Source: an uncultured Candidatus Saccharibacteria bacterium
GTDB lineage: Bacteria > Patescibacteriota > Saccharimonadia > Saccharimonadales > CAZLTB01
Direction of reading: 5' to 3'
NCBI GenBank assembly: GCA_964562505.1
Contig: CAZLTB010000001.1
Location: 2,024 to 66,023, forward strand
DNA length: 64,000 nucleotides
The notes beneath the pieces were generated by a model, which was given only the letters and a program-made list of their open reading frames with translations, was not told the origin of the DNA and ran no database searches. Every line of letters starts with the position of its first letter. Position 1 is the stretch's first letter. This document shows positions 56,796 through 64,000 of this stretch, piece by piece. Made by a program: the position numbers and the translations under genes.

Positions 56796-57722
56796 ATGAA
56801 AAAAACCAAAACAAATCACCAAAAGTTACATACTCCAGTAATGTTGGATGAAGTCCTAGGGTTCTTGGCTCCCCAAAAAGGAGATTCATACCTCGACTTA
56901 ACAGCAGGATATGGCGGACATGCTCAGGCAGTTCTGGAACGTACATTGAAGCCTTCAAAGGCTACTCTTGTAGATCGTGATCAGGATGCGATTCGTTACC
57001 TCGAGCGACATTTTGGCGGTGCTAGGATAATCCATCAGGATTTCTTAGGTGCCAGCCAGAGATTGTTGGATTTCGGCGAAAAATTCAATCTAATTCTGGC
57101 TGATTTAGGGGTTTCGTCACCGCACCTTGAAAATGCAGGCCGTGGGTTTAGTTTTGATAAGGATGGTCCATTGGATATGCGCATGGATCTTAGCCAAGAC
57201 TTAACAGCTGAAGTAATAGTTAATACTTTCAGCCAAAAAGAATTAAGTAAAATAATCCAGGAGTATGGCGAAGAGCCAAAGGCTAGCAAAATCGCCAAAG
57301 CAATTGTCATAAACCGACCATTCAAGACAACCAAACAGCTTGCAAAAATCATTGCGAGGTTCTCATCGGGCCACAGCAAAATACATCCAGCAACCAGGAG
57401 CTTTCAAGCGCTTCGCATCGCAGTGAATAACGAACTAGAACAACTCAAGATCGCTATTCCTATCTGGATAGATCTGCTTACCCCTGGAGGACGGATAGTC
57501 GTTATAAGTTTTCATAGTCTGGAAGATCGTATCGTGAAGCAGACATTAAACGAAAACAGTGGCGATCACTACGACGCTTGTCTGAAGCTGCTCACCAGGC
57601 AGCCAAGAATGGCAAGCGCCGATGAAAAAGTTTCCAATCCGCGAGCGAGAAGCGCTAAACTTCGCGCCGCAGTAAAGATAAACACAACAGAAAGGGGAGT
57701 GGCTCATGCCAATTCAGGTTAA
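56796..57722 (+). CDS. rsmH: 16S rRNA m4C1402 methyltransferase RsmH (MraW)
   Basis: HxPVML.E N-terminus and an SAM-binding fold. Confidence 0.85.
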   Translation: MKKTKTNHQKLHTPVMLDEVLGFLAPQKGDSYLDLTAGYGGHAQAVLERTLKPSKATLVDRDQDAIRYLERHFGGARIIHQDFLGASQRLLDFGEKFNLILADLGVSSPHLENAGRGFSFDKDGPLDMRMDLSQDLTAEVIVNTFSQKELSKIIQEYGEEPKASKIAKAIVINRPFKTTKQLAKIIARFSSGHSKIHPATRSFQALRIAVNNELEQLKIAIPIWIDLLTPGGRIVVISFHSLEDRIVKQTLNENSGDHYDACLKLLTRQPRMASADEKVSNPRARSAKLRAAVKINTTERGVAHANSG

Positions 57723-57882
57723 AAACCTCTCCCGCACATACAAGGTAAAAGTTAGAGTTCTTTAGCTCTTACCTCGTAAAACACCTGCATCCACTCAATT
57801 AGTTAGGGTGGATGCAGGCAAAATAAACACAAAAATAAAAATCCTCCCGAGCGTAAAGTTTAGGAGAACAGGAAAAACAAAT

Positions 57883-58230
57883 ATGACATATTCGAGTTCA
57901 CTGGCCATGGGGCGGCAACGCTTCGCTGGCCGCAATCAAAATACAGCCACTTTTAAAGGTCGTAAAAAGGCCATTGGCCCGGTTAGTAATACGATTATAT
58001 TGATCGTATTGGCATGTTTGCTTGGGCTACTCTATCTGACCCAAGTAACCAAAACAAATGCTTATAGCTATCGTATCAACGATTTAAAAGAGCAACAGGC
58101 TAGTTTGCAGGCTGAGCACGACCAGCTTGAGATCGATTCTGCAAGGCAGCAGGCTCTTGAAAGAGTCAAAAACAGCGCCGTGGCCAAAAATCTGGTATCC
58201 GTTGTACCAAGTGCCACTGTTCAAAATTAA
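57883..58230 (+). CDS. ftsL: FtsL/DivIC-like small bitopic division protein
   Basis: One TM helix followed by a coiled coil. The position matches ftsL in dcw clusters. The start is taken at MTYSS (57883); the upstream track ORF extension would include an 11-bp hairpin. Confidence 0.55.
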   Translation: MTYSSSLAMGRQRFAGRNQNTATFKGRKKAIGPVSNTIILIVLACLLGLLYLTQVTKTNAYSYRINDLKEQQASLQAEHDQLEIDSARQQALERVKNSAVAKNLVSVVPSATVQN

Positions 58231-58324
58231 CTAACATTAATAGCAATAAAGGAGATGTATTCTGCAACCTCAGCGCACAAGTTTATCTTGGCTGACAACC
58301 ACTCAGCGCATCCGGACTTGGTAT

Positions 58325-60034
58325 GTGCTGCTTTTATTACTCAGCGCTGTTTTTATAGTACGTTTATTTTATCTCCAGATTATTAAACACGATTATTACC
58401 AGAAAGCCGCACTGCGTGACCAGCTAAAACAATATGAAATACCTCCCGCGCGTGGCGTCATTCAGGCTCATAGCGGTGACAAACTGTTGCCGATAGTGCT
58501 AAATGAGACTAAATACACCCTATTCGCTGATCCAAAATTCGTGAAAGACCCTAAATCAGCAGCTAATTCAGTAGCCGTCGCTATCGGCGGTAACGTCTCT
58601 GATTATGAAAAAATGATCAAAACACCGAATAGTCGTTATGTAGTTTTAGCCAAGAAGTTGGATAAAAACCAGAAGAGTAAAATTGACGCACTAAAAATTA
58701 AGGGTATTGGAACCAGGGAAGTACCACAGCGTACCTATCCTCAGGGAACCTTAGCAGCACAGTTACTCGGCTTTGTGAACGACGATAATGAGGGCAAATA
58801 TGGTTTAGAACAAGCGCTTGATCCTCAACTTAAAGGTACACCTGGCCAACTTAAAGCTATTACTGATGCTCAGGGAGTACCACTGGCCTCAAACAGGGAC
58901 AATGTAGTTACTGAACCAAAGGCTGGGGACAATGTTGTACTAACTATTGATATAGGTATGCAGCAACAACTAGAAGACATCCTAAAAACAGGTCTTGAAC
59001 ATGCAAAATCCAATTCTGGAAGCGCTCTTATTATAGATGTACGCACGGGTGCCATAAAGGCAATGGCCAACTATCCAACATATAATCCGGCTGAATTCTA
59101 TAAAACTGAAGATGCCAGGTTGTTTACCAATTCCGCTGCCAGTTCTCCACTTGAGGTTGGCTCAACCATGAAGCCACTGACAGCAGCGGCAGCGCTCGAT
59201 CAGGGAGTTGTCAATAAAAATACCACCTATTATGATCCGAGTCGCTGGCAGGTTGACGATGCAGTAATTACAAATATTGAGGAAGATGGTGGTGCGGGTA
59301 CACGCAGCATTGCCGACATCCTACAACTGTCTCTTAATACAGGCGCGACCTGGCTACTTATGCAAATGGGCGGTGGTCAAATTAATAAACAAGCGCGAGA
59401 TCGATGGCATGATTACATGGTTAATCATTATCAGTTCGGAAAGCTGACAGGCATAGAGCAAGGCTATGAGGCTGGCGGATCAATACCTGATCCAGATAAT
59501 GGATATGGGCTTAATATTCAATATGCCAATACAGCCTTCGGACAGGGAATGAGTGCAACACCACTTCAGATGTCTGCGGCTTTTGCTTCAGTACTAAATG
59601 GCGGTAAGTATTATCGTCCACATCTAGTTGAGGGCAGGTTAGATAATAACGGCAAAGAGATTATTAAGCAGCCCGAAATCCTAAACTCAAAAGTGGTAAA
59701 TAGTGACGTTAGCCATACTATACGTGACATTATGGAATACACCATAAATAAGAATTATCTAGTTTATGGAATGTCAAAGCCTCGCGCTGAATTCAGCATA
59801 GGTGGGAAAACTGGTACTGCAGAAATAGCTAAACCCAGTGGCGGCTACTATGATGATCGTTACAACGGTATGTTTATGGGCTTTGTCGGAGGCGATGAGC
59901 CCCAATATGTGATTGCTATCCGCGTCAATGAGCCGAAAATTGCCGGTTATGCTGGCTCAAAGGCGGCGGCACCTATATTTGGCAATGTGACCAACATGTT
60001 AATCAATAATTTCGGGGTTACCCCAAGAAACTAA
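58325..60034 (+). CDS. ftsI: Class B penicillin-binding protein (FtsI/PBP2-like transpeptidase)
   Basis: An N-terminal anchor, a dimerisation domain and a transpeptidase domain with SxxK (STMK), SxN and KTG motifs. The GTG start is uncertain. Confidence 0.85.
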   Translation: MLLLLLSAVFIVRLFYLQIIKHDYYQKAALRDQLKQYEIPPARGVIQAHSGDKLLPIVLNETKYTLFADPKFVKDPKSAANSVAVAIGGNVSDYEKMIKTPNSRYVVLAKKLDKNQKSKIDALKIKGIGTREVPQRTYPQGTLAAQLLGFVNDDNEGKYGLEQALDPQLKGTPGQLKAITDAQGVPLASNRDNVVTEPKAGDNVVLTIDIGMQQQLEDILKTGLEHAKSNSGSALIIDVRTGAIKAMANYPTYNPAEFYKTEDARLFTNSAASSPLEVGSTMKPLTAAAALDQGVVNKNTTYYDPSRWQVDDAVITNIEEDGGAGTRSIADILQLSLNTGATWLLMQMGGGQINKQARDRWHDYMVNHYQFGKLTGIEQGYEAGGSIPDPDNGYGLNIQYANTAFGQGMSATPLQMSAAFASVLNGGKYYRPHLVEGRLDNNGKEIIKQPEILNSKVVNSDVSHTIRDIMEYTINKNYLVYGMSKPRAEFSIGGKTGTAEIAKPSGGYYDDRYNGMFMGFVGGDEPQYVIAIRVNEPKIAGYAGSKAAAPIFGNVTNMLINNFGVTPRN

Positions 60035-60062
60035 GAAGTAAGGTATAATACGTGTAACCGCT

Positions 60063-61103
60063 ATGTCGGAAACAATAAATCTTGTAGTAGAAACAAACAC
60101 CGCTCTTAGAATACTGCTCATCGGCTTCATGAGCTTTTTGCTCAGCATGTTGATTACTCCTATATATACTACCTTGGCTTACCGCTGGAAGTTGTGGAAG
60201 AAGCAACGGACCGAAGCATGGGATGGAGGCGAAGCTAGTGTTTACGCTAAGTTACATGCCGAAAAGCACAAACGCAATATACCAACCATGGCAGGTGTAA
60301 TATTTGTAGTATCAATAGGTCTCGTTACACTTTTAACTAACCTAAACCGTAGCGAAACCTGGCTTCCTCTAGCGGGTATGGTTGGCTCGGGCGCCATAGG
60401 TTTATTCGACGATTTGATTAATATCCGGGCCATTGGCCTGGGCATTGCAGGCATGAGAGCCAAAATTAAATTCGGATTACACAGTGCCGTAGCCTTAGCC
60501 GGGGGCTGGTGGTTCTACGACAAATTAGATGTGAGCAGCATAAATTTGCCGTGGGCGGGCCAGGTTCATATCGGAATATTTGTGGTCATTTTATTCTGGC
60601 TGGTAGTAATCGCCACTGCTAACGCCGTGAATATTACTGACGGATTGGATGGTTTAGCAGGTGGGTTGTTGGTTAGTTCATTCGCCGTATACACAATTAT
60701 TAGCGTTGTCGAAGCTAAGTACTTTCTGGCTGGCTTTTGTCTAAGTGTGGTTGGAGCACTGTTGAGTTACACTTGGTTTAATATATATCCGGCCAGGTTC
60801 TTTATGGGAGATGTAGGTTCATTCGCGCTTGGCACGGCCCTTGGTATTATCGCGATGCAGACTGATACTGTGTATGTTCTGCCAATAGTTGGAATTATTT
60901 ATGTTGCTGAGACAGGTTCAGTTATCATTAACCGATTATCCAAAAAGTTTCGTGGGGGCAAGAAGGTTTTTATATCTTCGCCGATACACCATCACTTTGA
61001 AGCTATAGGCTGGCCAGAAACAAAAGTCACAATGCGGTTTTGGATCTTAGGCCAAGTGGCAGGTTTTATGGGCCTAGTTATATTCCTGCTAGGGAGGGTG
61101 TAA
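60063..61103 (+). CDS. mraY: Phospho-N-acetylmuramoyl-pentapeptide transferase
   Basis: 346 aa with 10 TM helices and MraY Asp-rich motifs. Confidence 0.85.
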   Translation: MSETINLVVETNTALRILLIGFMSFLLSMLITPIYTTLAYRWKLWKKQRTEAWDGGEASVYAKLHAEKHKRNIPTMAGVIFVVSIGLVTLLTNLNRSETWLPLAGMVGSGAIGLFDDLINIRAIGLGIAGMRAKIKFGLHSAVALAGGWWFYDKLDVSSINLPWAGQVHIGIFVVILFWLVVIATANAVNITDGLDGLAGGLLVSSFAVYTIISVVEAKYFLAGFCLSVVGALLSYTWFNIYPARFFMGDVGSFALGTALGIIAMQTDTVYVLPIVGIIYVAETGSVIINRLSKKFRGGKKVFISSPIHHHFEAIGWPETKVTMRFWILGQVAGFMGLVIFLLGRV

Positions 61104-62356
61104 TGAATTTAAACGCCAGCAAGCCGCGTCGTCCCGTTATGCTGTCACGCGCGCAATCGCATCGCAGACACAGGCCTGATTATTTTCTACTGCTCATTGG
61201 CTTATTACTTTTAGCCCTAGGGCTGATTGTTGTTTATTCTATAAGTCCCGGTCTGAGTGCACAGAAGCACGTAAGTGAAAACTACTTCGTTACTAAGCAG
61301 CTTATAGCCATTGCGCTTGGAATAGCTGTGTTCGGAGTCGTGGCTACTATTCCGCTACAAAATTGGCGCAAGCTACAAAAGCCGTTGATAGCAGTTGCGG
61401 GTCTGGCTACGTTGGTGGCATTAGTTTTACCAACAAGTTCTGAATACCCAGCTCACAGGTGGATTCGGTTTGGTGGATTATCCCTGCAATCCGTTGAGCT
61501 TATTAAGTTTGCTTTGGTAGTTTGTCTGGCGGCATTTCTAGCAGATCGAGTACAGCAGGCAACTATGGCTGACTCAAGAAAAACACTCCAGCCCCTGTTA
61601 ATAATAATCGCTGTTCTTGGGGCAGTTGTAGCTATTGCGCAAGGCGATTTAGGTTCGGGTGGCGTACTTGTTGCAATAATGGCAGCCATGGGCTTTGTGG
61701 CTGGTCTACCAATGAAGAAGATAGTTCAAATAGGCGGAATTATAGCGATCGGGACCTTACTTGCTGTCTCTACCAGTGGCTATAGAAGGGAGCGCATATT
61801 CACCTTTTTGCACCCTGAAACTGACTGTCTAAGCGTTGGTTATCAAGCATGCCAAGCTCTTATAACGGTCGGGTCGGGCGGAATATTTGGCAAGGGCTTG
61901 GCCCATAGCGTACAAGCCTATGGCTATCTACCAGAAGCCGCTAATGATTCTATATTTGCCATATTTGCCGAAAAATTCGGATTTATTGGTGTAACGGCTT
62001 TGATCTGTTTGTTGATGGTCTTTTTTGCACGCTTAGTAAAAATTATGGAACGGGCGCCAGATGTTTTTTCGAGGTTAGTAGTGGCTGGCATACTAGCATG
62101 GCTAAGTACGCAGTCTATTATCAATATTGGTGCTATGATCGGCCTCTTACCACTTAAAGGCATCACTTTACCGTTTATTAGCTACGGGGGCACGAGTATT
62201 ATATTTGTTTTGGCGGCATTAGGCCTAGTATTCAATATTTCAAGGTATACTACTTATTCCGTAAATACCGAAACAGAAGGGAAGAGCTATGACAATTCTA
62301 TTGTCCGGCGGGGGAACAGGCGGCCATATTACGCCCATCTTAGCCGTCGCGCGTGA
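61103..62356 (+). CDS. ftsW: SEDS-family peptidoglycan polymerase FtsW
   Basis: The start is taken at MNLNASK (61103). The basic C-terminal tail overlaps murG by 68 nt. Confidence 0.8.
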   Translation: MNLNASKPRRPVMLSRAQSHRRHRPDYFLLLIGLLLLALGLIVVYSISPGLSAQKHVSENYFVTKQLIAIALGIAVFGVVATIPLQNWRKLQKPLIAVAGLATLVALVLPTSSEYPAHRWIRFGGLSLQSVELIKFALVVCLAAFLADRVQQATMADSRKTLQPLLIIIAVLGAVVAIAQGDLGSGGVLVAIMAAMGFVAGLPMKKIVQIGGIIAIGTLLAVSTSGYRRERIFTFLHPETDCLSVGYQACQALITVGSGGIFGKGLAHSVQAYGYLPEAANDSIFAIFAEKFGFIGVTALICLLMVFFARLVKIMERAPDVFSRLVVAGILAWLSTQSIINIGAMIGLLPLKGITLPFISYGGTSIIFVLAALGLVFNISRYTTYSVNTETEGKSYDNSIVRRGNRRPYYAHLSRRA

Positions 62357-63476
62357 ACTGAAACAGCTTGAGCCAAATTGCCGAATTGTTTACATTGGCG
62401 AGCGCGGAGGCAAATTTGCGCAGTTATTAGAAGGTCAAAAGGATATTGACGAAGTTCATAATATCTATGCCGGCAAACTTCGTAGATACTATGGGGAGTC
62501 ATGGCTGCACAAAGTATTTGATATAAAAACAAATATTTTAAATCTGAGAGATTTCTTTTTGCTTATCATTGGAACATTTCAGTCTATATGGCTTCTGGCA
62601 AAGATAAAGCCGGGCATTGTTTTCTTAAAAGGGGGTTTCGTGGGTGTACCGGTTGGCTTTGCATCGGTATTAAGACGAACACCTTTTATTACACATGATT
62701 CTGACATATTACCAGGCCTAGCAAATAGGATTGTCAGCCGTTGGGCGAGAATTCACGCTACTGGAATGCCAGCTAATTTTTACTCATATCCCAAAGATTC
62801 GACTGTATATACTGGTGTTTTGATAAGTGAAGCGTACAAGCCTATTACGCCCACTTTGCAACAAACCTACAGAACCGAGCTCAAATTACCGCCTGAGTCA
62901 CAATTCTTATTCGTAACGGGTGGTAGCCTGGGGTCTCTTAGGCTCAATGAAGCAATGAGAGAAATTCAAAAGAGGCTATTAGAAGATTATCCAAATCTTT
63001 ATATTGTTCATCAGGTTGGCAAAGGTAAGCAAATGCCGATTGACCTGCCTCTCGAGCTCAAACAGCGCTTGCATTTAGAAGAATTTCTGTCTGATCTGCA
63101 TATATACAGCGGTGCTGCTGACTTAATAGTTACAAGAGCGGGAGCAACCAATTTAGCGGAATTTGGGGCTCAGGGTAAGACGTGCATAGTTGTGCCTAAT
63201 CCGCTGCTTACTGGCGGGCACCAACTAAAAAATGCTGAATACCTAGAGTCAAAAGAGGCAGTAATAACTATTCCGGAAAACGCTTTTAAAACAGATGCTG
63301 TAGCTCTCAATTCAGCTATCAGAAGCTTGCTTGATGATCCGGGCAAGCGTCAGGAACTAGGCAATAAATTGCAATCAATAACAGTAACAGATGCTGCCGA
63401 AAAACTCGCATCCCTTTTAATGGAAACAGTCAACAGGCTATCCGATGTTCAGGAAAAAGCAACAGGACCCAAATAA
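62289..63476 (+). CDS. murG: UDP-GlcNAc:lipid I GlcNAc transferase MurG
   Basis: N-terminal GGTGGH motif; 395 aa. Confidence 0.85.
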   Translation: MTILLSGGGTGGHITPILAVARELKQLEPNCRIVYIGERGGKFAQLLEGQKDIDEVHNIYAGKLRRYYGESWLHKVFDIKTNILNLRDFFLLIIGTFQSIWLLAKIKPGIVFLKGGFVGVPVGFASVLRRTPFITHDSDILPGLANRIVSRWARIHATGMPANFYSYPKDSTVYTGVLISEAYKPITPTLQQTYRTELKLPPESQFLFVTGGSLGSLRLNEAMREIQKRLLEDYPNLYIVHQVGKGKQMPIDLPLELKQRLHLEEFLSDLHIYSGAADLIVTRAGATNLAEFGAQGKTCIVVPNPLLTGGHQLKNAEYLESKEAVITIPENAFKTDAVALNSAIRSLLDDPGKRQELGNKLQSITVTDAAEKLASLLMETVNRLSDVQEKATGPK

Positions 63477-63510
63477 CAGAGAACCAACTAGGCCGCAATT
63501 TTCGGCATCT

Positions 63511-64000
63511 GTGTTTTCTTATTATTCAAGTCGTTCTGCCCGTAGTGGCGAGCGTCAATCTAAAGATGCGGCTGACACTTCAAAGAGGCCAGTTAATCGA
63601 TGGTTTAGACTTCTGCCCTCAATATTGGCACTGATAATAATCGTGAGCTGTATCTTTTACGCCACAAGTTTAAGTAATCAACCTAAAATCCAAATTAATC
63701 GTTCTAGCAATACGCAGCTGTTGCGCAGTGCTGAATTTTACCAACACGCAGCCTCAAAAATAATGAGTAGTTCTGTTTTTAATCGCAGTAAGCTAATCAT
63801 CGATACGGACAAGTTTGCCAAGCAACTAGAGTCAGAGTATCCCGAACTCGGTAAGGTTTCCGTCATAATACCACTAATAAGCCACAGGCCAATTGTTGTA
63901 GTTCAGCCAGCTGAACCAGTAATGGTGTTATCAACTAAAAACGGCAACTATATTGTAGATGAACAGGGTAGGGCATTAATAAAGGCAGAGGCTGCTAAAA
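63511..64000 (+). CDS. ftsQ: FtsQ/DivIB-like protein; the 3' end lies outside the window
   Basis: A basic N-terminus, one TM helix and the start of a POTRA-like region. GTG start; no stop codon before the window edge. Confidence 0.5.
   Translation, partial: MFSYYSSRSARSGERQSKDAADTSKRPVNRWFRLLPSILALIIIVSCIFYATSLSNQPKIQINRSSNTQLLRSAEFYQHAASKIMSSSVFNRSKLIIDTDKFAKQLESEYPELGKVSVIIPLISHRPIVVVQPAEPVMVLSTKNGNYIVDEQGRALIKAEAAK

Noticed and set aside
56767-56958. Minus-strand 63-aa ORF overlapping the rsmH start
   Set aside because: It is antisense to a conserved gene.
1-64000. Alternative genetic code (UGA recoding, as in some CPR lineages)
   Set aside because: Many conserved genes close with TGA, TAA or TAG at the expected lengths, and the long ORFs are uninterrupted under the standard code.
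1-64000. tRNA, rRNA or tmRNA genes
   Set aside because: All non-coding gaps longer than 80 nt were inspected by eye (5519-5709, 8004-8115, 9763-9946, 14219-14316, 18915-19021, 33078-33261, 55893-56116 and 56483-56795). No cloverleaf-like GTTCGA-TCC arms or rRNA signatures were seen. Genes inside coding regions were not ruled out computationally.

Overview
This is a gene-dense window, mostly coding, with about 70 plus-strand genes and only 6 on the minus strand. It appears to come from a small-genome, moderately AT-rich bacterium. No rRNA, tRNA, CRISPR array or obvious transposase was found.

From left to right the window contains:
- The end of a Gly/Thr/Ser-rich surface protein.
- A 1508-aa membrane-anchored protein made of about 18 Kelch-type propeller blades.
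- parA and parB.
- A cell-envelope set: lepB, an LCP-family protein, an HtrA-like protease, an RseP-like M50 protease and a CPBP protease.
- Translation factors: prmC, prfA, rpmE, rpsB, tsf, frr and hpf.
- uppS.
- Aminoacyl-tRNA synthetases: a minimal ProRS, a class-I LysRS, SerS and an alpha2-type GlyRS.
- greA, msrA, secA, an M16 peptidase and prfB.
- ftsE and ftsX, followed by a coiled-coil CHAP-domain hydrolase with PcsB-like architecture and a CtpA-like protease.
- pyrG.
- A stand-alone receiver domain next to an FHA-domain protein.
- rpmA, xseA, xseB and recO.
- A predicted catalytically dead histidine-kinase and response-regulator pair.
- A block of accessory genes: an alpha/beta hydrolase, a NYN-domain protein, a VOC-family protein, an aldo-keto reductase and a GH1 beta-glucosidase.
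- A division and cell-wall (dcw) cluster without Mur ligases: mraZ, rsmH, ftsL, ftsI, mraY, ftsW, murG and ftsQ.

Several traits suggest a CPR/Patescibacteria (Saccharibacteria-like) organism, but this is inference only. These traits are the class-I LysRS, a ProRS without an editing domain, the Mur-ligase-free dcw cluster, near-consensus sigma70 promoters with short or leaderless transcripts, and frequent ATGA-type translational coupling.

The most interesting candidates are:
- The surface Kelch-repeat mega-protein locus.
- A shared TTAGCA-N6/7-TGCTAA palindrome embedded in two consensus promoters flanking the pyrG/receiver/FHA segment.
- A translationally coupled kinase/regulator pair in which both phospho-acceptor residues are replaced by Glu (His to Glu in the kinase, Asp to Glu in the regulator), joined to recO.
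- A gene split or frameshifted at an A6 run.
- The FtsEX/PcsB-like/CtpA module.
- An MraZ operator array followed by a 313-nt A/C-rich spacer that separates mraZ from rsmH.
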